A stretch of DNA of 41,898 nt, taken from NCBI RefSeq assembly GCF_001194135.2, contig NC_069000.1:36041120-36083017 (forward strand). Reading direction: 5' to 3'. The position numbers and the translations under genes were made by a program. Under the pieces are notes generated by a model. That model did no database searches, was not told the DNA's origin, and saw only the letters and a program-made list of their open reading frames with translations. Source of the stretch: Octopus bimaculoides. Taxonomy: Eukaryota. Position 1 is the stretch's first letter; the number at the start of each line of letters is the position of its first letter. Positions 10,466-22,289 of the stretch are shown piece by piece.

Positions 10466-10703
10466 TTAAATTCAAAACAGTGTTTGTAAATATGCATTAC
10501 ATTTGACAGAGAAATCTGGATGCTAAAGAGTTAATCCCAGCTCACCTGTCATCAAAGGTGTCTCAGTTGTGATCATCCCATCTTTTTGGAATGTGTAGGA
10601 CTGCATTATCTGCTGTGTCTTTTGCACTGATTTAAGATGGCATCATGTGATTTGAAGGAGATTTGGCTGCTTCTTTTTTAGCTTGCCTAGTGGTCATGTA
10701 GAA

Positions 10704-10974
10704 CATGGGTTTTCAAACTGTGGTCCACAGACCACAGGGGGTCCGTGGACAGCAAATACTTTATATGGGCAATTTGATTTTATGTTTTTTAATCGAAATC
10801 TTTTAATTGACAATAAACCTATTTGTTAAATACTGTTAAATAAATAGATGTAAAAATATGTTATTTTAAGCAAATATTTATGTATAAATTTCATAAGTGT
10901 TTATAAGGGGGGGTCCCTAAGGTAAAGCCTGAAATATAAAGGGGTCCGCAAGTCAAAAAGTTTGAAAACCCCTG
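10704..10974. mobile_element. hAT-type MITE (271 bp)
   Basis: TIR CATGGGTTTTCAAAC / GTTTGAAAACCCCTG (14/15); 8-bp TSD ATGTAGAA 10696-10703 / ATGTAGGA 10975-10982. Confidence 0.88.
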
Positions 10975-11460
10975 ATGTAGGAGCTCCTTTGTCGGTTTCA
11001 TTCCTTATTTATTGTAAAGCATTCTGTCTTGAGATTGAGAATTTTGGTTCTAATTCAGAAAACAACAAGGAGTTTGTTGAGATTTAGTTGTTTGGGAAGG
11101 TTGAGTGACTACAATGCAAGCTTACTCCAGAATTTGACTTGAACTCTCTTATTGTTGTTGAAGCTCAGTCAACTTCAGTTGTGCAGCTAATTCTCTGACT
11201 TAGAGGTAAACCAAAGAAATACAATTTAATTATCTAGAGTTATAAGTTCGAAAACTTGTATTTGAAACATTTACAAAAACGACCTTTTTTTTTTTTTTTT
11301 TTTTTTTTTTTTCTATTACCCATTTGAAAGAACTGTTTTAATTATAAAAAATTTTAACTTGTGTTTATTATCAACTAAATCAAAAAACTTGGATGACATC
11401 AACGAATATTTGTTTATTCTTTTATTACTTTTTCTCCCCCTCCATTTTCCCATTCTTTAG

Positions 11461-11529
11461 GAATCCTGTTTTGGCTGGCGAAAGACTTATTTGATGAATC
11501 CTTTTGCTAATAAAAGAAAATCAAAATCG
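11461..11529 (+). CDS. Candidate alternative 69-nt exon of AdipoR (ESCFGWRKTYLMNPFANKRKSKS)
   Basis: About 45-nt pyrimidine tract plus TAG at 11458-11460; 23 stop-free codons in phase 0; donor G|GTAAAA (non-consensus +5). No transcript evidence. Confidence 0.35.
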
Positions 11530-11983
11530 GTAAAACTCTCGGTCATTGAACTTTTGCTTATTCATATAACAATAACTCTCTTTTAAGAATTCTAAAACAC
11601 TGCCTTTTTTTTCGTTTTATTATTATTTCTAACATTCCTCCTTGTTCTTCTTGTGTCTACTAACTCATGTTTTTATTTAAGTTTTTTTGCATCACTAATC
11701 CTTACTAATCCTCATCTAGAGTGCTCCTGCAGCTACTTATGTTTTTTAACCTCAAAATTAGAGCAGATTTTTATGTATTATATTTGGTTTTCAGGTTTTA
11801 GAATTTTCTGTTTTCTTTCTGGTAAAAGTATGTTTTGAAGTTTTTATCTATTTATTTATTATTATTGTTATTATTATTATTATTATTTTTAATGTCAATG
11901 TTGTGCTTTATTGAGTTCTTTTCAGTTAGAGCTTCAACTGATTGCTAATTTGATTTGTCAGAACAAAAGTGTGTGTGTATATA

Positions 11984-12016
<33 letters not shown>

Positions 12017-12026
12017 NNNNNNNNNN

Positions 12027-12065
<39 letters not shown>

Positions 12066-12288
12066 ATGTATATAATTTTCAAATTGTTTCTACATACAAC
12101 ATTCTTATGGTGTGAAGCCACCACTGGCAATAATAATAATAATAATGACAATAATAATAATTATAATAATAAATCTGTTATTAAATTGCCTCATATCTAA
12201 CAATGTAGAAACAAACCAATGTAATTTTGATTCTTGTTGGAAATCTATTGCATATTTTCTCTTTTTTTTTTATTATTATTAATAATAT

Positions 12289-12505
12289 GAGGCAATGGAT
12301 GGCAGACTTAGTAGAGTACTGGAATATACCTTGCAGTATCTGTTTGAAACCTTTTTACGTTCTGAGTTCAAATCCTGCCAGAGTTTGCTTTGCCTTTCAT
12401 CCCATTGGGGTTGATGAATTAGTACTAGTACCAGTAAAGTACTAGGGTTGAAATTAGCAACTGCTTGCTCACTGCAAAATTTGTAGCCTTTGTGACTGAG
12501 AAATT
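12289..12505 (+). mobile_element. tRNA-headed SINE with Nin/Deu-type central domain (decayed)
   Basis: B-box GAGTTCAAATCC followed by TTTGCCTTTCATCCCATTGGGGTTGATGAATTAGTAC; same family at 25517, 38291, 39584 and 39881. Confidence 0.75.
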
Positions 12506-13503
12506 ATTATTATTGTTTGCTATGTGTTGAATTGCAATCTTTGAATAAGGACTAACTAGCTGCTGTTGTTTGGAGAAGGAATTATTCTTTTACATTATGT
12601 CCTGATTTTAAGATTATGGTAACTTCCTTTTTTTTTTTTTTTTATCATTATTATTTTTCTTTGCTTTATTTATTTACATGCTCATTGGAAATATAATACA
12701 ACACCCAGCTATCTTACTGTCACTGCATGGGCTTGTCATTAAATAGTGTTTGGAATGTCTTGCTAAGTGAACTTTTCTAAGAAATATTGGTCTTTGATCT
12801 ATTGAATGCTGGTAAACGTGCATCTTTTCACCTGCAGATTTTGAGTGGTGGTGGGTAAACTCATTGTGGGAGAATAGTTTGTCTTGATCTTAACACTGAT
12901 CTCCTATTTGCTTACTGATTGCTTTTATGCAGCAGGATTATTTTTAAATGACAGTTTTTTGTTATAAATTAGCACCAAATGGAAATAAGTTAAGAAAATT
13001 AGTGAGTTGTAATTTAAAAGATTAAGACAAAAAAATTAATTAAAATAAAGTTTTCTTTCTTTTTTTAAGTGGGACTAGTTTTACTCGGAGTAAAATAATT
13101 ATTTTGGAGAAAATCGTCACCACCAGCTGATTCAATAAAATATTTGATTATTAGACAGTTGATGGTTCATATAGCTATATAGATACTGTACTGTGTCCAT
13201 AACAAAGACATTAATCTTTTCCTAGCCCTATAGATATTTCTTCAGATAGGTAGAGTTCACTGTTTCAAGGAGTGGGAGCACTGTGTAATTAACAAGTGTT
13301 TTGTTACCTTGCAGTGCTGAGTTGAACCTCCACAAGGCCCTACACTACAATACACTTACTGACAAAATATCTCTTTTGAGATTGGCAGTTTATCCTAGCT
13401 GATGTGTTTCATTCAGTCTTGCCAATTTTTTATAGCCTTTGAGACTGGTGGGGGGAAAGGAGAGGAAGAAACCTTAATTGATAGCTTATCCTCTGTCCAG
13501 ATA

Positions 13504-14420
13504 TTGGGTTGTCAAATAAATTCATTCATTTTTATTTTGTTTATTTTAATCCTTATTTTTCATGGCCAATTTTAATAAATCAATCAATCAATAATATATT
13601 CCCCTTCATTGTTTATGATCTCTTGCCAATGTTCCACCAGCTTGTCAGTGCCTCGACAGTAGAAATCACTGGGTCTTGACTGAAAGAATTCATCAAGCTC
13701 TGTTTTCAGCTCCATATCATCGATGAATGAAATGCTTTGCAGACTGTTGTGACTGAGTGACCGAGAAAGGGGTTATCTGAAGGTGTTATATCAAGAGAAT
13801 ACAATGAGGGCAGTAGAACTTCCCAACCAAGTTCTTGAACCAAGTTTTTGGTCCAAAGTAATGACGTGGTGGGGTGGGCAAACATTGTCATGTTGAAGTT
13901 GCATGCTGTGTTGCTGCTTGTGACAGTATCATGAAAGCATTCCATCTGTTGGACCAATTCCTTGGCGGGTTGGCATAGATTCTTGTAGATAACCTTGTTC
14001 AATCGATCCTTGTTAAACTGAACAGGTTGACCAAATACAAAGAGTCAGTGAAGTTGAATTCTTCATCCTGCAAGTGTGAAAAGCATTTCTATGCAATTCT
14101 TTCAGTAATAGCACCTTCTCTGTACACAGCACACATGTCTCAAGTGGCTTTGACAGCTTTGGAACCTTAATTAAAAACAAAGAGAAACAAGTATTGAAAA
14201 TGCTCTTTTTTTTTATTGTTTTTTGTTCTATTTGGCACTCCATCACCATATGTTTGAAAAGAGGTAAAATTTATTCAAATTTCAAAACAATAAACAAAAG
14301 TTGTAGAGTAAAAATGAAGCCACAAAAAGAAAAAAAGAAAAGCCTAAAAGACTATGATAAAAATATTTTTCATGTTAATTCAAATTGGTTAGAAATGAAC
14401 AAATTTATCTGATGACCCAA
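13504..14420 (-). mobile_element. Internally deleted mariner element (917 bp) with transposase pseudogene
   Basis: TA at 13502-03 and 14421-22; TIR TTGGGTTGTCAAATAAATTCATTCATTT vs reverse complement TTGGGTCATCAGATAAATTTGTTCATTT. Minus strand shows HTH remnants, LQHDN, and LGWEVL..LYS.DITPSD motifs with stops and frameshifts. Confidence 0.9.
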
Positions 14421-14537
14421 TATTTGGTTCAAACATCTGCACCCAAGAGCATTAATGGTTGCAGACAAATTGTCTACTATGCAAAAAAGATTTACAGATA
14501 TACACAAAAAATCCCTTTTTTCATTTATTATATTTAT

Positions 14538-14870
14538 GTGAGAACACATGGCCTAGTGGTTAGGGTGTTGCACTCACGATTGCAAGATCATGGTTTCAAT
14601 TCTGAGACTGGGTGGTGCTTTGTGTTTTTGAGCAAAACACTTCATCTCACATTGCTCTGCGATCACTTCAACACCTGATGCGTGGTACACTGTGCACCTA
14701 TTCAGGTAACATTGATTTGATGGAGGGAGAGAGGGAGCTTAATGTACAGCACATGCATTTGATCCCTATAAACAAATCATTTGTGCAGGTTGTACAGCAA
14801 AAGCTGAAACTCACATGTCATCTTCAACGGGAGAGTCCCTCATTATATTTATATTCCAATTGTTGAAATA
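14538..14870 (+). mobile_element. tRNA-headed SINE
   Basis: A-box TGGCCTAGTGGTTAGG, B-box-like GGTTTCAATTCT, then TGTGTTTTTGAGCAAAACACTTCATCTCACATTGCTC; head similar to 17267 and 22290-22510 (-). Confidence 0.7.
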
Positions 14871-15877
14871 GTCCAGATGAATTCTACATTCACTGGAATA
14901 AAGCTTTGATTTTGGTCATCAAATACTTTACATGTTTAATGTACTTGTAAATCATTTTTGGTAATCAGTTTTTTCCCCAACACTCATTTCTGTTCTCTCA
15001 ATGGGTTGCAAAACTCATTCTCCAAAAAACATTGGGTTTAAGTTTTCCCTATTTCTGTTTGCTTTTTGACTTCACTTCTCAGCAGTGTCCTATGTGACAG
15101 AACATAGTCATATGGTCAGCAAATAACCAAATCCAATTGTAATTTTACTCAACTGTAATTCTTTGGTTTTTGTATGTTTGTTTCCATCCCCAGTTTTCTC
15201 CTCCTCTTTCTCTCCTCTCTCTATCTCCTCTCTTAACATAAAATTAACTTGCTTTATCACTTTGTCAGGTGTAACTAGGAATAACTATTGATTATCTGCA
15301 AGAGTAGTTTTTCTTCTGTATATTTATCCTTTATAAATAGGTTAAACTTTTTGCAGTAATTCATTATAAAGTATGCATATGTCAAGCATTAGAGTTGACT
15401 AATGACAAAAATCTGTCAGTAAGAAGTTTTATGTCTATGCCAATGATATATGAAGTATATTTTCTTCTTCATACTAACTGCATAAGTTTTAAAGTACTAA
15501 TTGGGACAAACATGTAATGTTCCAAATATGTTTATACTAAAGTAGCTGCTAAATTTTCTCTAATGCAATTAAAGATTGAAAATGGAACTACTGATAATAA
15601 AATGTTCTGAATGTCTTGAAGAAGAACAGTGAATAATATAATGATGATTAACCTAAAAAAAAAAAGTTTATGCAATGTAGCCAAGATGTTCTTAACTACT
15701 AAATGGAGTATTGTAGCATTTTCCTTACTCCAAAGTACTACTAGTATGTTGGCTTTCATAAACAATTACTTTTATATATAAGTGTGTGTGTGTGCATATC
15801 TTTTTACTTTAATATATAGTTTGCAATTTCCTTGTGTTAAATGCAAATCTTTTCACAACTGATTATTTTCATTTTAG

Positions 15878-16154
15878 ATTGATGAAGGACAAGATAATGT
15901 ATTACCACACCGGTCAAAAGTAGAAATAATCTCAACTACCAGTCGAGCAGCAGTTGAACATGCTGAGGAGTTTGTACATAAAGTTTGGGAGGCTGGCTGG
16001 CGGGTAGCTCACCATGCATCACTACCCGACTGGCTAAAGGACAATGAGTACCTTATGAAAGGGCACAGACCACCCACAAATTCTTTTGCAGCTTGCTTCA
16101 AGTCCATCTTTCGAATTCATACAGAAACAGGAAATATATGGACACATTTGTTAG
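15878..16154 (+). CDS. AdipoR: AdipoR coding exon 2
   Basis: TTTTAG| acceptor, G|GTAAGA donor, 277 nt; encodes LPDWLKDNEYLMKGHRPP and FAACFKSIFRIHTETGNIWTHLL, diagnostic of AdipoR. Confidence 0.97.
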
Positions 16155-16384
16155 GTAAGAATTACAAACTTATTTCAGTTGCTGTAGCTCTTTCACCATC
16201 ATTGTTTTAATGTCCACTTTCCCAGGCTCACACCGGTCAAATGGTATTTGCAGAGGCAAATTTTCAATGTCCACATACCATTCCTGTTTCCAAGCAAATT
16301 ATATTTCCCCATGGCCAGACATATTTCACAGAAGGCTTGCATTACAGTGACACTAGCTTACTACTATCATGTGATGTCATGGCA

Positions 16385-16535
16385 TGGTGACAGTAACACA
16401 CACACACACACTCATGACAAGCCTCCTTCAACCTCTGTCCACCAAATCAACTCACAAGGCTATGATCAGCCCAAAGCTATAGTGGGAGACACTTGCCCAA
16501 GGTGCTGCAGGATCTCAAAACCATGTAGTTAAGAA
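16385..16535 (-). mobile_element. tRNA/CORE-like SINE fragment
   Basis: CCACCAAATCAACTCACAAGGCT...GACACTTGCCCAAGGTG matches the copies at 27310-27678 and 40125-40730. Confidence 0.7.
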
Positions 16536-16539
16536 ATCA

Positions 16540-16750
16540 CATGCAGGTTATAAATGAGCATCATCCTACACAGGGTTGTTCCTTTCCAGTCTTCCATGAA
16601 AACCATGTAACTACAGGAAAATATTACTTTGCTTGGGAACAGATGGAGGCTGGAGAGAGAAAGAGCATCTGACAAGAAAATCTGCCTCAACAAATTCCAT
16701 CTGACCCATGCAAGCATGAAAAAGTGGATGTTAAATGATGATGATGATGA
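16540..16750 (+). mobile_element. RTE-type SINE tail ending in (GAT)n
   Basis: AAAATCTGCCTCAACAAATTCCATCTGACCCATGCAAGCATGAAAAAGTGGATGTTAAATGATGATG. Confidence 0.7.
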
Positions 16751-17099
16751 GGTATACGAATGTGCTTTTTAACATCATGTATTGGGTCCTTTTATGATTT
16801 TTTACCACAAAATATTAGGGTGTGTGAGTATGTGAGAGTGTGTCTGTAAATGCTTTATTACATTCTACAATATAACTTTAACAAGTTACTCTCTCTCTCT
16901 CTATTCTAAGTTTTGAGATTCCTTACATATCATAACTAAAAGCTGGATTACAAAGCACAGTAGATCAGATAAATATTTCTGGATATAATCATTATTTACG
17001 ACAGCAAAGTAGCACTCTTCATGGAAAAAATTAGAAAACTTTTTATTAATGGGAAGTAATAGGTGCTTCTAGCAATTATCAACCAGAGTCATTTATAGT

Positions 17100-17781
17100 C
17101 ACAGGTTTTACCAGTGTCTAGTGAATAAAATTCAGTGGGTGGAAACTGGAAAAAAAGCTTCTCTTTCTCTCTTGTGTGTGTGTGTTTGTGTATTTTCTTT
17201 TGTCTTGACATGTGCAAGCCAATTATAGAACAAAAGTCACCATCATACAATTGATGTCATTTGTTTAGTGAAGACACGTGGCTTAGTGGTTAGGGTATTC
17301 GACTCATGATTGTAAGTTCAATTCCCAGTGGCACATTTGTGTCCTTGAGAAAGACATGTTATTTCATGTTGTTCCAGTTCACTCAGTTGGTAAAAAATAA
17401 GTTGTACCTGTAATTCAAAGGGCCAGCCTTTCATGTCACACCTCTGTATCACACTGAATCTCCCCAAGAACTACATTAACTTCACAAGCAGGCCATTTTG
17501 TTGATCAGATCGGCTGAAACGCTTATCATCATAACTGACGTAGTGCCAGTTTGATGTCATTTGTTTGCAATTCCCTGCCAAAATAGTGTTTGGCCTGGCC
17601 ATTTGGTTGTTCATTGTCCCAAGACCTAAGGGGATATATTACCTTACATGGAAACAGGTGAATGTTGGGAACAGGAAGAGCATCTGGCTGTAGGAAATAT
17701 TTGCCTTAGCAAGCAAGTTTCATATGACCTATGCAACTTTGAATAGGAGAACATTAAAATGATGATGATGATGATGATGAT
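17100..17781 (+). mobile_element. RTE-tailed SINE interrupted by a nested SINE
   Basis: Body matches 18194-18617 on both sides of the nested copy; ends in (GAT)7. Left boundary approximate. Confidence 0.65.
17267..17550 (+). mobile_element. Nested tRNA-headed SINE with 16-bp TSD
   Basis: TTGATGTCATTTGTTT at 17251-17266 and 17551-17566; A-box TGGCTTAGTGGTTAGG; 3' body matches the 7577 SINE. Confidence 0.88.
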
Positions 17782-18170
17782 CATCATCATCATTTAACAT
17801 CTGTTGTCCATGCTGGCATGGGTTGGATAGTTTGACCAGGATTGGTGAACTGAGGGGATGCACCAGACTCCAGTTTGATTTGGCCTGGTTTCTATGGTTG
17901 GATGCCTTCCTAATGCCAACCACTTCAAGAGTGTAACAGGTGCTTTTATGTGCCATTGGCACAGGTGCCAGTTGTGTGACGCTAGTATTTGTCACGACTA
18001 CAATTACACTTGGCTTGATGGGTCTTCTTCAAGCACAGCATATTGCCAACGGTCTTGGTCGTTTGTCATTGCTTCTGTGAGGCCCAACGCTTGAAAGGTG
18101 CTTTTTACGTGTCCCCAGCATGGGTGCCAGTTATGTGACACCAGCATCGGCCATGGCTGAAATTTCTCTT
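17782..18170 (-). mobile_element. RTE-tailed SINE / non-autonomous element
   Basis: (CAT)4 TTAACATCTG...CATGCTGGCATGGGTTGG...GGATGCCTTCCTAATGCCAACCAC; same family as 2022-2365. Confidence 0.75.
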
Positions 18171-18193
18171 GGCTTCATGATATATCTGTCTGT

Positions 18194-18617
18194 ATAGGTG
18201 CAGGTATGGCTGTACAGTTAAGAAGTTTGCTTACCAACCACATGGTTCTGGGTTCAGTCCCACCATATGGTTCTGCATTCAGTCCCACCAGATGGTACTT
18301 TAGACATGTGTCTTCTGCTGTGGCCCAAAGCTGACTAAATCCTTGTGGTTGAATTTAATAGATGAAAACTGAAAGAATTCGTGTGTGTGCATATTTGTCT
18401 CCTTGTCTTGGCATTACATAACAGTTGTAAATGAAAGTCACTGTCATACAATCAGTGTCCACCATTTCCAGTATTCCAGTACTGTGTGAAAATATATTTG
18501 CTCATAGAGGAAACAGGTGAGGGCTAGCAACAGGAAGGGCATCCAGTCATAGAAAATCTGCCTCAATAAACTCTGACCCATGCAAACATGGAAAAGTGGA
18601 CATTGAAACGATGATGA
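18194..18617 (+). mobile_element. Near full-length tRNA-headed SINE with bipartite RTE-like tail
   Basis: Head TAGGTGCAGGTATGGCTGT...GGGTTCAGTCCCAC; tail GGCTAGCAACAGGAAGGGCATCCAG...CATGGAAAAGTGGAC...GATGATGA. Confidence 0.8.
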
Positions 18618-18971
18618 CACATATGCTTTGGATCAATCTCCATTGATTTTGACAATGGCAATTAAATTCAATCAAATTAATTAGCATGCAAGTGGCTGAA
18701 TACTCCACCGACACATGGTGATTTTCTAGCAGGATCAGCATTACACAGTGTGTGACAAGGCTATGCCTGTTGAGTAACAGATATAATCCATTCAGTGAGC
18801 TTCAATACAACTTCCTTCAACCCAATTTCACTCATAAAGTATGGATTGAACTGAGGCTATTGACAGTATTCCCAGCGCTCCAATAAATACTTACGTTCTG
18901 TTGAGTAGTTTGGCCTCTTTTCTTGTACATTCAAATGTGTCACACTAACACATACACCCAAACGCATTCTG

Positions 18972-19325
18972 TTACCTGTTTTGGTCTGTAGACTGAGGTC
19001 ATACTGGAGCACTGCCTGGAATTTTAGTCAAATGGATTGGCCCCAGTACATATTTTATCAGTCACTTATGTTGAATTATTAATTTATGGGAACATAAACA
19101 CACCATCACCAATTGACAAGCGGCGTTGGGGAACAAATGGGAACAAACACATACACATACAATAGGCTTCCTTCAGTTTCCACCTACCAAATTCACTCAC
19201 AAGTCTTTGGTCGGCTCAAGGCTATAGTAGTTGACAGTTGCCCTAGCAGCCACGGGGAGTGGGACTGAACCTGGAATCATGTGGTTAGGAAGCAAACTTC
19301 TTGCCACACAACCATTGCTTGAACC
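18972..19325 (-). mobile_element. tRNA/CORE-like SINE, near full length
   Basis: Reverse complement of the 18194 head (GTGGGACTGAACCTGGAATCATGTGGTT), same body as 27310-27678. Confidence 0.8.
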
Positions 19326-19394
19326 ATGTATATATGTATATAATTTGCAATTCATTTCTTTTTTTATTTGATTCTAATTTTGGTTTCTTTTCAG

Positions 19395-19575
19395 GTTTCA
19401 TAGCATTTATAGGTGTTGCAATCTATTTCCTTACACGACCCTCCGTAGAAATACAGTGGCAAGAAAAGGCTGTATTCTCAGCATTTTTCGCTGGTGCAAT
19501 CTTGTGTCTGGGTTTCTCCTGGATCTTCCATACAGTCTACTGTCATTCAGAAAGAGTCGGTAAATTTTTCAACAA
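19395..19575 (+). CDS. AdipoR: AdipoR coding exon 3
   Basis: TTTTCAG| acceptor, AA|GTGAGT donor, 181 nt (phase 1 to 2); encodes FFAGAILCLGFSWIFHTVYCHS with the zinc-ligand His. Confidence 0.97.
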
Positions 19576-20493
19576 GTGAGTATATATATATATGTATATA
19601 TAAATTTGATTTAGTTATCTTCTCTTGTAGTTGTCATTAGATTTACGAGTACACTCTTGATCTTGTTAATTATTGAATCTAAAGTAGTCATGCTTTCAGA
19701 TTCTGCTACTGGGCTTAAAGCACATTACTCATCTTGTCTCATTAAACCTAACATTTAGTGATGCTATCTCTAATTTGGTAAGAGATTAGCTTTAGAAAGC
19801 ATTGCTCGGATGTAAACTGTTTCCAAATCTTCACAGATATCCAAAAATATACTTTGAAGAGAATTTGCTGTGAAGGGTTTGTATTGAATTGAAGGACTTC
19901 CAAACTATGAACAAGGATTCAAAGATTACTGGTGTGACAAAGGATGACATAAATTGAGCTTCAATCAATCGTGTATATTGTATAACAAATGCATTGCAAC
20001 ATTTGTTATTTCACTTCATTTATAACATATGGCACACACTGTTGTGTATGTAATAGTATTAATGACTTTACATGTGTGACAAAGATGACATAAACATCTC
20101 TGTAATGATTATATCAAACTCATTGTTACTTAGCTTAATTGATGACATGTGGCTCACCATTGTGTACATCTAATAATAATGATAATTACTATGGTGTTGA
20201 CACATATGTAGCCGAGAAAAACCTCCCCTTCTGTCACCTTCCCTAAATTCATCAAAACTCACACCAACTCTAGAGGTGACTACCACTTCAATGAAGTAAT
20301 GGGCTAACTAGACTGTTAGTTCCACCATGTCTTCTGAATATATGAAATAAGAAGTGTAGGACATAAGAAGAGAGAGGGAGAACAAGAATTGTTTATTGGT
20401 AGATAATTTTATCAATAGACAGCTGATAGATGTTCACATATCTTGTTAAAAATAGCAGTTGAAAATCTTTCAAATCAGACTATACAATCTTAA

Positions 20494-20717
20494 CCCTTTA
20501 GTATTCAGATTACTATGTCATATGTAATACTTATTTATTCACCTTCTTTTGAATTGATTATGCATTATCTTGCAGCTTTAAGATTTCGATGGCTTGTTTG
20601 TTTAGTTTTAGAATGACATTGTTGGGTAAATGTAAGAGGCTGAATCTTACCAGTTTAAACATAATAAAAAAAGCTGGAATATTTAAGCTGGATATGGCCA
20701 GTTTAAACACTAAAGGG
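20494..20717 (-). mobile_element. piggyBac-type MITE (224 bp), inverted relative to the other two copies
   Basis: TTAA 20490-93 | CCCTTTAGT ... ACTAAAGGG | TTAA 20718-21; interior is the reverse complement of 10241-10465. Confidence 0.9.
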
Positions 20718-22289
20718 TTAAATAAAGACTGCGTCGAACAATGTACAACTTCTCAATATACAGATGCCATGATTGTCATGGTTGGAATACCTGTCATCAT
20801 GGTTCTGTTTGATTATGACTGAGCTAGAATTATACAACAAAATTTCTTTGAGCCAACAAGGAAAGGTCTTTGCACTACATTCAATTTGCTACATACAGCA
20901 GCCAAATCTCTCTCAAATCAAACTGTGCCATCTTGAATTAGGAAAGGACAAACTGGAAAAAGTAGTCCTATATTACAAACAGACAAGATAATGTGTACGC
21001 GTGTGTGCGTACATAGGTGACTCTAACAATTCTGTAGAAGTTGTTTTTGTAACATTGTATTTTTCAATATACAAGTTGATATAGTATGTAATGTAAGCAT
21101 TTAAAAATCATCACTATCTTTACAAATCCAGCTGCATTTTACATGGAATTGGCCTTCCAAAGTTGTCTTGGTATATAAGATGACCTACCTTTTATGGCTG
21201 TTAATTCTGGCTTAAAAAATTCAACTTATGTGCTGAAAAATAATCTAACATGTAATCATGTATTTACTCATGCAATTATTGGTAAATTATTACCTTTCTA
21301 TAAGAAACAAGGGATTCTCACTTTTTATATATTCCATTCTTCCCCATTTTCCATATGTTACTCTCATTTTTTGATAAGCTTTCTCAGTGAAACCAAACTC
21401 TCCAGCTGGTGCACCAACTTATTAGCCTACCATTATAGGCTTTGGAGGGAAAGGTAAACTTACGCAACTCACTCCATGAGAATATTTGCTGTGATGACCT
21501 ACTTGTCACCTCACTGTCACACAACTTGAAAGCTCTTCATGCCAGAATCACTCCAGTAGTTTTTTGAGTTCTTGTATTTTCAATGTTAATACATGTCAGT
21601 TGTTACAGCTAACATTTATATAGAAAGATAATTGACACCAGTTGCAGAATCTTTTATTTGAGCTAGCTTAACCTTCTACTGTTGTAAATAGCTTTAAATG
21701 TCATCACTAGATAAGGTAGGTTGATAGATCTGTTTTGTCGGAGCAACCTCTGCAGATTTTGTCAGTCTATGGTGCGACAAATGGCGCATCTCTCTGAACT
21801 GTGTCCGTGGTACATAAAACTGTACATTAATAAAACACCTACTAATTAACAGTGCTCTGCTGCATAAAACTGTTAATTTTTTTTTTTGTCTCCTAATGAC
21901 ATATTTTCAGCAGCAGATATAAGAAGATAACATGCTTGTACTTTATTTGTGAGTTTTATTGTTTTTGTTTAGCCCTAGGACAGACGCTATTGTGCAAGTC
22001 TATGATAAAATGTGTTACTGTTGTTACCATATTTTGTATTTTTACAGTCAGAGTATATATGTATACATAGGACTATATTATCTAATATGTTGTAGTTTTT
22101 AAGGTAGTGTGTTGTATTAAGGATATTTGCTGCTGGTTCGAGCATTCATATAGAAGTTCTCTTGATGGCTTGTGCTTCATTTGTGAATCAGTAGGAGTGG
22201 TGCAAACTTGTGTGTGTTTGTGTATCAACCAGACTGTTGGATGTTGTTATGCATGGCTGGTCACTACTCTTCCTTGTATGGTTGCAGCT

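Noticed and set aside
12838-12854. Possible micro-exon (CCTGCAG|...|GTAAAC)
   Set aside because: 17 nt would shift the frame, and read-through hits TAA; weak donor.
13313-13330. Acceptor-like CCTTGCAG in intron 1
   Set aside because: TGA is the second codon in the required phase.
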